Shown here: one piece after another, positions 10,028 through 17,775 of the stretch | Position numbering within the stretch: the first letter of the stretch is position 1 | How the letters are laid out: each line of letters starts with the position of its first letter | Assembly: GCA_964573695.1 (NCBI GenBank) | Contig: CAZNKB010000001.1 | Coordinates: 231-64,230, forward strand | Origin: an uncultured Gammaproteobacteria bacterium | Lineage (GTDB): Bacteria; Patescibacteriota; Microgenomatia; UBA10105; UBA927 | Length of the DNA stretch: 64,000 nt | Direction of reading: 5' to 3' | The notes under the pieces: model-generated | The model's database searches: none | What the model was told of the DNA's origin: nothing | Seen by the model: the letters and a program-made list of their open reading frames with translations, nothing else | Made by a program: the position numbers and the translations under genes

Positions 10028-10888
10028 ATGAAAGCCGGTGTTGTCGCCCTTGTAGGACGCCCCAATGTAGGAAAATCCACCCTTCTTAATACTCTTTTAG
10101 GACAGAAGGTCTCTATCACGTCTCCAAAACCGCAGACAACCAGGTTTTCTATTCAGGCAGTATATGAGGAAGAACGCGGGCAAATCGTTTTCATGGACAC
10201 TCCCGGAGTCTTCTCCAAAGTGAAAGATCAGGTTGCCGCCCGGATAAACTTACGGACGGAAGAAACTATTGACCGGGGCGTCGACGTTATCGTCTACATG
10301 GTGGACCATACGAGAGAACGGGCAGAGGAAGAGAACCGGGTGCTCGGTATTGTAAGAAAGGTCAAAACACCCAAAATTCTTGTCATAAATAAAACCGATA
10401 TCACATCCCCTTCACACATCGTGCAGTATCGCTTCATGGAAGAAGAATTCGATAAAGTCGTGTCGATATCAGCACTCAACAATAAGCACATCCCGCTTCT
10501 TTTGGATGCGATATTCGAATATCTCCCCGAGGGGAAACCGATTGTTGATACTCACGACATGATCCAACCCGGGCTCAACCTGGACAGCAAAATGTTTATT
10601 TCGGAAATCATCCGTGAAAAAGCATTTTTAAACCTACGACGTGAAATTCCTTATGCAATCACCGCAGTCGTTGACGATATAGAGGAGCGGGATAACGGGG
10701 TCACCTTCATCAAAGCAAGGCTTCTCACTTCCGCCGACCGGTATAAAGGCATGATCATCGGAAAAAACGGCGACATGATAAAAGAAATTAGCATGGCCGC
10801 ACGCAAAGAACTTGAGGTTGCTGCAAACAAAAAGGTGTATCTGGAACTGACGGTAGAAACCGATCCTCACTGGATCGATTATGTGTAA
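10028..10888 (+). CDS. era: GTPase Era
   Basis: GRPNVGKSTLLN, PQTTR, DTPG, NKTD, KH domain EIPY...IIGKNG. Confidence 0.97.
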   Translation: MKAGVVALVGRPNVGKSTLLNTLLGQKVSITSPKPQTTRFSIQAVYEEERGQIVFMDTPGVFSKVKDQVAARINLRTEETIDRGVDVIVYMVDHTRERAEEENRVLGIVRKVKTPKILVINKTDITSPSHIVQYRFMEEEFDKVVSISALNNKHIPLLLDAIFEYLPEGKPIVDTHDMIQPGLNLDSKMFISEIIREKAFLNLRREIPYAITAVVDDIEERDNGVTFIKARLLTSADRYKGMIIGKNGDMIKEISMAARKELEVAANKKVYLELTVETDPHWIDYV

Positions 10889-10890
10889 CC

Positions 10891-12291
10891 CTATTTATCT
10901 AATTTGAGCCTTGAAATCGTCGGCCCAGACCTCAATACTTCCAGAGATTCCAATAGTGGCGGTCCAACGGACTTCCCTGTGATTTTAACGCGCACGTCCA
11001 TAAACACGTCCTTCGCTTTCTGATTGTTCTTTTCCGCCTCTTCCCGAATGGCTTTTTCCATTGCGTCATGCGTCCAGTTGTTTTCTACTGATTTCAATGC
11101 TGTTGTGGCGGTGCTTAGCAAAGCAGGATTAACCTCTTTTTCATAAACGGACGGCTCCGCGTAGAAAAAGCCTGCCAGTGACCAAAATTCAGCAAGAGTT
11201 TTCATACGCTCTTTCACGAGCGGGAGTATTTGTTTCATCGTTATATCATCATGTGGAATCTTGGAGTCAAATGCATACAATTTCTCCATAAGCTCTCCAT
11301 CACTCATCTGGCGTATATATTCCCCATTCATCCATCGCAGTTTTTCCACATCAAAAATGGGTGCCGATGTTTTAAGCTGGGATATTTCAAACACGTCTCT
11401 CATCTCATGCACCGAAAACACATCCCGTCCGTCCGGATACGACCAAGCCAGACTCGCGAGGTAATTCAGTATTGCCTCCGGCAAATATCCTTTTGCCTTA
11501 TAGTCAGAAACCCAGACGGGATTTTTTCTCTTGCTTAATTTGCTTCTATCAGGATTTCGCAGTACCGAAACATGCGCGATATTGGGAATATCCCACCCGA
11601 AAAACTGATACAACAGAATGTGCTTAGGTGTTGATGATATCCACTCCTCCCCGCGGATGATATGGGAAATTTTCATCTCATGATCATCAACAACCACACC
11701 GAGATGATACGTCGGAAAATTATCGGATTTGAGAATTACCTGATCGTCTATCAGCGCATTTTCAAACGAAACTTCTCCGCGGATAAGATCTGTAAACGTC
11801 GTGACTCCCTCATCCGGTACACTCATGCGGATGACATGGCGCTCTCCTTTTTCTACTCGGCTTTTGGCCTCGTCGGGATCGATTACCTTGCACAAACCGT
11901 CGTACATCGGCGGCTTATGCGCTACCTCCTGCTTCTTGCGCATTTCTTCCAGACGCTCTGACGTGCAGAAACAATAATATGCATGACCTTTGTCAATGAG
12001 TTCTTCTGCGTATTTTCTATAGCTTTCCAGGCGATCCGATTGGCGGTATGGGGCATAAGGGCCACCGATATCGGGACCCTCGTCATGAGGAATACCCAAC
12101 CAGTCAAGCGATGCCAATATCCGCATCTCTGACCCTTCCACCAGTCTCGTCCGATCGGTATCCTCGATGCGGATAATAAACTGACCTCCGGCCTTTTTAG
12201 CCACGACGTAATTTACGAGCGCTGTGTAGGCATTACCGATATGGAGATCTTGGCCGGTCGGAGACGGCGCAATTCGGGTTCTCACGGTCAT
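10891..12291 (-). CDS. gltX: Glutamate--tRNA ligase
   Basis: RIAPSPTG, HIGN, RIEDTD, IRGEEW, KLSKR. Confidence 0.97.
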   Translation of the reverse strand: MTVRTRIAPSPTGQDLHIGNAYTALVNYVVAKKAGGQFIIRIEDTDRTRLVEGSEMRILASLDWLGIPHDEGPDIGGPYAPYRQSDRLESYRKYAEELIDKGHAYYCFCTSERLEEMRKKQEVAHKPPMYDGLCKVIDPDEAKSRVEKGERHVIRMSVPDEGVTTFTDLIRGEVSFENALIDDQVILKSDNFPTYHLGVVVDDHEMKISHIIRGEEWISSTPKHILLYQFFGWDIPNIAHVSVLRNPDRSKLSKRKNPVWVSDYKAKGYLPEAILNYLASLAWSYPDGRDVFSVHEMRDVFEISQLKTSAPIFDVEKLRWMNGEYIRQMSDGELMEKLYAFDSKIPHDDITMKQILPLVKERMKTLAEFWSLAGFFYAEPSVYEKEVNPALLSTATTALKSVENNWTHDAMEKAIREEAEKNNQKAKDVFMDVRVKITGKSVGPPLLESLEVLRSGPTISRLKLDK

Positions 12292-12364
12292 ACGATTGAT
12301 TCTATCAAGTCATATCCATATACTCAATGTAGGGGTACTCACCTCTTGTGGTACCATACTGCCT

Positions 12365-13423
12365 ATGGGTTCACTTACTGAAACAGCTTTCTATACCAGA
12401 AGGACGATCAACTGGACGATCATCGGGATCATCGGCTATGTTCTCTTGCGGATCTTTTGGGGCCTCGTGGTGACGGTCTATCTCACCATATTTCCGCCGA
12501 AACCTCCCCCTCCAAACCATGCATTCGGCAGTCTACCCGCTGTTATCTTCCCGCCGAAGCAAGCATCTCCTTCGGCCCAACTTATCTTCCAACTTCAAAC
12601 TATTGAAGGCTCCGTGCCTGTAGCTTCGGTATCCGCAAATATTTACTTTATGCCCAAGAAAGGATCGAACTTACTGGCGCTTTCGACAGCTCAGGCGTTT
12701 GCAAAACGTCTCGGCTTTACGACGACGCCCGTGCCGGAACCGTCGAACAAAAATATATATCGATTTGACGACCTGAGTAACCCATTGCGACATCTCTGGT
12801 ACGATATCGTTTCCACGAACTTTATCATCCGGTATGATTTTCAGCAGGATGCAGGACTATTCCTCAACAGTAAAGTTCCCTCTGCGGTTGAAGCCAAATC
12901 GGAAGCCAAAAACATGCTTCAGACCTATGGATTATATCCGGAAGACTTTAACGGTGGAGACGTACGCGTCACGTACTATAAAGTCGCGGAAAATTCACTC
13001 GTTCCGGTCTCCAGCCAGTCACAAGCCGATGCAGTCAGGGTCGATTTTTATCGTCCGAATATCGCAAGTACCCGAGTCGTCACGGGAACACTCTCGGAAG
13101 GGCCGATATCAATCGTATTGTCGGGATCAGGAAATGCCAAAAAACGCGTCCTTCAGTTTTCTTATGCGTATTGGCCGATTGATTACAGTACGGTAGCGAC
13201 ATATGCCCTGAAAACCAGCACCCAGGCATGGCAGGAATTACAGGTAGGCGGCGGATTTATACTTCAGCTTCCGAAAACTCCGCTCGTGACGGTACGAAAC
13301 GTCTATCTGGCATACTATGATTCGGTGGCTCCCCAAACATATCTGCAACCGGTGTTCGTCTTTGAGGGGGACGACGGATTTATCGCGTATGTATCGGCGG
13401 TCAGCCCGGAATTCATCGAGTGA
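12365..13423 (+). CDS. Membrane-anchored hypothetical protein
   Basis: Long ORF, single N-terminal TM followed by PPKPPPP; start set at MGSLT after a TACCAT -10 box. Confidence 0.7.
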   Translation: MGSLTETAFYTRRTINWTIIGIIGYVLLRIFWGLVVTVYLTIFPPKPPPPNHAFGSLPAVIFPPKQASPSAQLIFQLQTIEGSVPVASVSANIYFMPKKGSNLLALSTAQAFAKRLGFTTTPVPEPSNKNIYRFDDLSNPLRHLWYDIVSTNFIIRYDFQQDAGLFLNSKVPSAVEAKSEAKNMLQTYGLYPEDFNGGDVRVTYYKVAENSLVPVSSQSQADAVRVDFYRPNIASTRVVTGTLSEGPISIVLSGSGNAKKRVLQFSYAYWPIDYSTVATYALKTSTQAWQELQVGGGFILQLPKTPLVTVRNVYLAYYDSVAPQTYLQPVFVFEGDDGFIAYVSAVSPEFIE

Positions 13424-13426
13424 TTA

Positions 13427-14401
13427 TTACGACGGAGGAGAAAACGACTGCCATTCGTAAGTTGCAAATACCCAATTGATGAGCATTTCGGTATCTACAA
13501 ATCGATTCTGACTCTTGAGTACCACGATAACGACTCTGTGTCCGTTGCGCTCAACGAGCGTCACCAAATTTTCTCCTGCTTCCTCCGTCCAACCGGTTTT
13601 GATGCCCGCCACACCGGGTATTTTACCCAATAATGTGTTCACGTTCGTAAGCGGATGAAAACGCGTATGGGTAACATCCGATATGGTTATTTGAGGAATA
13701 GCCACGATTTTTGCAATCGTTTTGTTGGTCAGCGCAAAGGCTGCTAATCGGGTAAGGTCGATAGCTGTCATCACGTGGTTAGGATCATCGAATCCAACAG
13801 GGTTAGTAAAAAACGAGTTTGTCAGATGCAAATTTTTTGCCTTCTCGTTCATTGCCGTAACGAAGGCGGGTACTCCACCCGGAAAATGCTCCGCCAGTGC
13901 CCATGCGGCGTCATTACCCGACTGCACCAGTGCACCGTAAAGTAAATTCTCTACCGTAATTTCTTCTCCCGGAACAAGCCCCATAACCGCCCCGCTATTT
14001 GCCACTGTAGCGACCTTTACGATTTCATCCAGATTATAATGATCAAGAGCCACCAGGGCTGTCATGATCTTGGTCGTCGACGCCGGAAAGAGTGAAACTT
14101 CAGTATTGCGTCCAAACAGCGTGACCCCGCTTACCAGGTCGTACACGACAACTCCCGTTGCTGATATTTCCAAACCCGGGTACACACCTGATTTGTTTAT
14201 CGGGTATGGAGCCTGTGTCGGAGTCGGAAACGGAAACGGCAACAACCGATGTATGGGACTGCCTACCGCTGACATTTTCGTATAGATCTGACTGCCCGGG
14301 GAAAATACGAACCAAACACTGAATATCAAAAGAAAAAGGAGCTTATCCCACTGACGAACGATCCAGGATGTACGAAACCGGTTTATGATTGAGTTAGGCA
14401 T
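13427..14401 (-). CDS. D-alanyl-D-alanine carboxypeptidase (peptidase S11)
   Basis: PASTTK (SxxK), SGN (SxN), KTG motifs. Confidence 0.93.
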   Translation of the reverse strand: MPNSIINRFRTSWIVRQWDKLLFLLIFSVWFVFSPGSQIYTKMSAVGSPIHRLLPFPFPTPTQAPYPINKSGVYPGLEISATGVVVYDLVSGVTLFGRNTEVSLFPASTTKIMTALVALDHYNLDEIVKVATVANSGAVMGLVPGEEITVENLLYGALVQSGNDAAWALAEHFPGGVPAFVTAMNEKAKNLHLTNSFFTNPVGFDDPNHVMTAIDLTRLAAFALTNKTIAKIVAIPQITISDVTHTRFHPLTNVNTLLGKIPGVAGIKTGWTEEAGENLVTLVERNGHRVVIVVLKSQNRFVDTEMLINWVFATYEWQSFSPPS

Positions 14402-16274
14402 CTTTGGAAAATTCCCCCGCGACCGGGTTCGCTACTTTTTCATATCCCGACTCACTCATCCGCATGGAATGGGTATGAAGACCGGCATTAAACGACACGT
14501 GTGAATTATGCCGCACCGATGTATCCATATATAAGGGTATACCGAATATTTTCCCGAACGGCGGGACTGCTCCTATAGTTACCCCGGTCACCGACTCTAC
14601 CTCTTCCGGGGTTGCCATACGCAAATCCCGAATATGATAAAGGGATTTAAATGATTTCATGTCCAATTTCCGATTTCCCGGAATCACGACCATAATAGGC
14701 TTTCCGTCCGCAAAGAGAAGCAGCGCTTTCGCACCCTCTGAAAGAGGGGTATTTCTTACTTTTGCCGCCTCTTCGGATGTATGCACTGCCTCATGGGTGT
14801 ATGGCTCGAAATCTATTCCTGCGGATTTGATCTCATCAGCGATACGCGCATATACTGCGTTCCCGTCTGCGGGTTTGGCTTTGTGAACCGATTTAACGGC
14901 AATGCCTAGCTCTGTTAATTGTTCCGGCGCGGCACTACTCGGCGCATCCATAACCGAGGTAGTACCTGAGGCTGATGTGGGAAAAGCCATAACTTCACGC
15001 ACGCTTGGCTCACCCAAAACCGCCATAAGAAACCGGTCTATGCCAGGTGCAATTCCCCCGTGCGGGGGCACGCCGAACCCGAATGCGGTAAGCATATGGG
15101 CAAATTCCTCTTTTTGCGCATCACTAAATCCGATAAGGTCAAATACCTTCGATTGTACCTCCGGCTGGTGGATACGCACACTTCCTCCTCCGACTTCAAA
15201 ACCATTAAGGACCAAGTCATGCTGAAGGCCGCGTACCTTCATAGGATCGGTATCCAAAAGGGGTATGTCGTCAGGATGAGGAGCGGTAAACATATGGTGG
15301 GAAGGTGCAAATTTAGCCTTGCCCGACCCAAAAAAGAAATCATCATCCTTCTGCTCGTTAAACAGAGGAAAATCAATTGTCCAGCTAAACGCTAGCTCAT
15401 CAGGATCGTTTTTATCCTTGCGCAAATCCGGCTTATCCGTGCCATACTTCTCCATGACTTCTTTATGCGAAATCCGCGGCCACGGCGACTGTGTCATGTG
15501 TTTATTCGGGAAAAGGTCTTTTACGACTGCGGTGAAAAGCTCTTCGGCCAGCAGGATAATATCATCTTGTGTCACAAACGACATTTCCATATCGAGCTGT
15601 GTAAATTCCCCGTATGCGCGATCCCGTCGGGGATCCTCATCGCGGAAACACCGTGCAATCTGAAAATATCGCTCCATACCCGCAACCATAAGCAGTTGTT
15701 TGTACTGCTGAGGCGATTGTGGCAAAGCATAAAACTTCCCTTGCTGTAGCCGGGAGGGAACAAGAAAATCTCTCGCCCCTTCGGGAGTCGTTTTCGTTAA
15801 CACCGGCGTCTCTATTTCTACAAAATCTTTCTCAAGTAAAAAGTTACGGATAAATCCCACCACTTTACTGCGCAACCTTATATTGTGTGCCATACGGGGG
15901 CGACGCAAATCAAGATATCGGTATTTTGTTCTGATCTCTTCATTTATCTCATAACCGGAGGAGTCAATCGGAAACGGCAATTCCTTTGCTTTGGAAATAA
16001 CACGAAGCTCTCGGAGCTCTACTTCTATCTCCCCTGTGGTGATTTTAGGGTTTATCATCGCCTCCGGGCGCTTTTTGACGAGGCCCACAACCTCTACCAC
16101 ATCTTCCGCCCTGGCGTCTCCCATGGATTTGGCGCCGACCGTTTGCACGACTCCGGAACGGTCGCGGAGATCCAAAAACATAATCTTGCCGTGATCTCGC
16201 CGTGCCAAAACCCACCCCTTCATGGTTACCGTCTCTCCGATCATTCCCGGTGTTTCACTCGCTAAAGAACGCAT
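14394..16274 (-). CDS. aspS: Aspartate--tRNA ligase (no GAD insert) fused to a C-terminal YbaK/ProX-family deacylase domain
   Basis: OB fold RRDHG, TPEGARDF, ALPQSPQ, FRDED, PPHGG; the last ~160 aa carry HEAVHTSEEAA, GAKAL, GAVPPFG, FNAG. Confidence 0.95.
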   Translation of the reverse strand: MRSLASETPGMIGETVTMKGWVLARRDHGKIMFLDLRDRSGVVQTVGAKSMGDARAEDVVEVVGLVKKRPEAMINPKITTGEIEVELRELRVISKAKELPFPIDSSGYEINEEIRTKYRYLDLRRPRMAHNIRLRSKVVGFIRNFLLEKDFVEIETPVLTKTTPEGARDFLVPSRLQQGKFYALPQSPQQYKQLLMVAGMERYFQIARCFRDEDPRRDRAYGEFTQLDMEMSFVTQDDIILLAEELFTAVVKDLFPNKHMTQSPWPRISHKEVMEKYGTDKPDLRKDKNDPDELAFSWTIDFPLFNEQKDDDFFFGSGKAKFAPSHHMFTAPHPDDIPLLDTDPMKVRGLQHDLVLNGFEVGGGSVRIHQPEVQSKVFDLIGFSDAQKEEFAHMLTAFGFGVPPHGGIAPGIDRFLMAVLGEPSVREVMAFPTSASGTTSVMDAPSSAAPEQLTELGIAVKSVHKAKPADGNAVYARIADEIKSAGIDFEPYTHEAVHTSEEAAKVRNTPLSEGAKALLLFADGKPIMVVIPGNRKLDMKSFKSLYHIRDLRMATPEEVESVTGVTIGAVPPFGKIFGIPLYMDTSVRHNSHVSFNAGLHTHSMRMSESGYEKVANPVAGEFSKDA

Positions 16275-16303
16275 ACAACCTCCATGTTAGCATTAATTAC
16301 CAC

Positions 16304-16451
16304 AAAAAAAGGCACCATTTATGTATAAGGCCCGCCAAATTGGCGAGGGTACCACCTTATGTTCCGTTCTGCACGGGTCTCATTACTGCTATAACGGGCT
16401 TACCCGATTCGATTTTGTCGAACAGCTCCGGCGTGTCAGGCCGTCTGCGCT
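16304..16451 (-). promoter_or_regulatory. T-box riboswitch for aspS (ultra-short Stem I, GAC specifier)
   Basis: Minus strand: antiterminator ATAAGG-TGGTACC-CTCGCCA/TGGCGGG-CCTTAT; F-box CCGTTA; Stem I CGGC-ctGACac-GCCG flanked by GA motifs; U7 tract before the GGAGG SD of aspS. Confidence 0.85.
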
Positions 16452-16463
16452 TGTTTCAAACTG

Positions 16464-16492
16464 ATTATAAATCACTCTTTACCGGTTGACAA
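16464..16492 (-). promoter_or_regulatory. sigma70 promoter of the T-box/aspS transcript
   Basis: TTGTCA-N17-TATAAT on the minus strand. Confidence 0.7.
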
Positions 16493-16515
16493 GTCAAAAA
16501 AGCAGTATGTATAAT
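16486..16515 (+). promoter_or_regulatory. sigma70 promoter, divergent and overlapping at -35
   Basis: TTGACA-N18-TATAAT. Confidence 0.75.
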
Positions 16516-16526
16516 AGGATTTCGTT

Positions 16527-16595
16527 ATGAAAAGCCAAGCGTGGTATCACTTTATGACCCTTATTTCCCTCCGAAAGGTCGAGGGGGTCGTGTGA
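16527..16595 (+). CDS. Putative leader peptide MKSQAWYHFMTLISLRKVEGVV (22 aa)
   Basis: ATG 11 nt after the -10 box; stop codon lies inside the antiterminator 5' arm. Confidence 0.55.
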   Translation: MKSQAWYHFMTLISLRKVEGVV

Positions 16596-16660
16596 TGCGC
16601 GCATAACTTTTTTTTAAAAAATAAGCACCACACGAACCCTCCAGACCGGAGGGTTTTTAT
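16554..16660 (+). promoter_or_regulatory. Transcription attenuator with mutually exclusive 1:2, 2:3 and 3:4 hairpins
   Basis: ATGACCCTT/GGGGGTCGT; GAGGGGGTCGTGTGATGC/GCACCACACGAACCCTC; terminator AACCCTCC-agacc-GGAGGGTT followed by a T tract. Confidence 0.7.
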
Positions 16661-16748
16661 TTGACTGTTAGCAAGTAAATTCATATTTACGAGCTTATCA
16701 GCCAAATATGGTTTCGCGCTGAGCGCAAATTGCTCCATGCGAAACCAT
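16658..16748 (+). repeat. Two-hairpin structured element, copy 1
   Basis: TATTTGACTG/CAGCCAAATA then ATGGTTTCGC/GCGAAACCAT; shares GCCAAATATGGTTT with copy 2. Confidence 0.6.
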
Positions 16749-16775
16749 TAATGCGGTGGATGCAAAGGAAACTAT

Positions 16776-16955
16776 ATGAACGAATTATCAGGACCAACCG
16801 AGACGAACCGACCGACCGTTCCACGGACTCCGGTGATATGGAAAATTGCGTCAGTAACCGACGAACACCAGTCGGTTACGGTCGTGTTTCCTGTAACTTC
16901 GGAGATACCGGAGCAAAACCGAAGCACAAATGAGATTGAGGAAAAACAAGAGTAA
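16776..16955 (+). CDS. Small hypothetical protein (59 aa, MNELSGPTETNRPTVPRTPVIWKIASVTDEHQ...)
   Basis: AAAGGA SD upstream and terminator downstream; absent from the ORF track; overlaps a long hairpin, so it may be RNA instead. Confidence 0.4.
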   Translation: MNELSGPTETNRPTVPRTPVIWKIASVTDEHQSVTVVFPVTSEIPEQNRSTNEIEEKQE

Positions 16956-17013
16956 GCATAGTGAATGTTGCACTTTTACAAGTACATAGCGACGACGTTA
17001 TTGACCGACGATG

Positions 17014-17049
17014 AAGACAGAAACCCCTGTCCTTTCTGTCTTTTTCTTT
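17014..17049 (+). terminator. Intrinsic terminator
   Basis: AAGACAGAAA/TTTCTGTCTT stem followed by a T-rich tract. Confidence 0.65.
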
Positions 17050-17150
17050 GTTCTATATCCGCTCAACCAAAGGAGATCTACCGCGTATAAGTTTATTTAA
17101 TGAACCACCACTCACCCGACCAAAAACCACACTATTAAGAGGAGTATCGT

Positions 17151-17408
17151 ATGTCAACCAAAAAAGCACAACCTGTTAACCTAAAACGCGCAGTGCAAAG
17201 CGTTATGTCGTTGTTACCACGTAGTCAGTCAAACGATGGATGCCAATGCACAGACAAGTCTCATCGCCGTCGAGGTCGCAAAACCTGCGGAGCCCCTACA
17301 CCAGGGAGACCCAACAAGATTTGTGCCAGATGCGAAAAAGGTCACGTGCATCAAAATCACGATGACAGAACCACTGAGCCGAAACCTCAGCGGACCCGCC
17401 GTCATTGA
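17151..17408 (+). CDS. Basic Cys/His-rich microprotein (85 aa), putative Zn-binding
   Basis: AAGAGGAG SD 6 nt upstream; CxC-x4-H...C...CxxC-x3-HxHxxH; hairpin immediately downstream. Confidence 0.6.
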   Translation: MSTKKAQPVNLKRAVQSVMSLLPRSQSNDGCQCTDKSHRRRGRKTCGAPTPGRPNKICARCEKGHVHQNHDDRTTEPKPQRTRRH

Positions 17409-17425
17409 AGAGCCGTCGTCGTCAC

Positions 17426-17460
17426 GTGGAGACCTCATTTCCTGGGGTCTCCACCCCTTT
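17426..17460 (+). terminator. Hairpin/terminator after the 85-aa ORF
   Basis: GTGGAGACCTCA/TGGGGTCTCCAC stem, weak T tract. Confidence 0.5.
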
Positions 17461-17636
17461 ATATTTGGGCCGCTATAGGCAAAGAATAAATATAAGCAAA
17501 TTGCTGCTTCCCATTTATTTTGTATTCCTATACACCCACTTCGACATTTTTGTCTTCATAAACGCTTTTTCTGAAGGAGTGAAACCATACGGCTTCACTG
17601 TTTCAATCCAAGCGTTTATGAGGAATATATATTATT

Positions 17637-17690
17637 AATCCCCGTGTTCAACGGCACTAGCGCCGAACTGAACGCGGGGATTTTTTATTT
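17637..17690 (+). terminator. Intrinsic terminator-like hairpin
   Basis: AATCCCCGTGTTCA/TGAACGCGGGGATT followed by TTTTATTT. Confidence 0.6.
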
Positions 17691-17765
17691 GGCAGTTTCC
17701 CTGTAATCAGGGATTACTGCCAAATATGGTTTGCCCCGCGAAGCGGACTGCGAAGCGCAAACCAT
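17686..17765 (+). repeat. Two-hairpin structured element, copy 2
   Basis: TATTTGGCAGT/ACTGCCAAATA then ATGGTTTGC/GCAAACCAT. Confidence 0.6.
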
Positions 17766-17775
17766 TGTGGACACT

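Noticed and set aside
17405-17638. 77-aa F/Y-rich ORF as a second leader peptide
   Set aside because: TTG start with no SD, runs through a terminator-like hairpin, composition is explained by T-rich DNA, and I found no antiterminator pairing or downstream gene.
16660-17770. tmRNA, SRP RNA or 6S RNA in the aspS-recJ gap
   Set aside because: No tRNA-like GGGG...CCA ends with a tag ORF, no SRP domain IV motif and no clear 6S central bubble found by eye.
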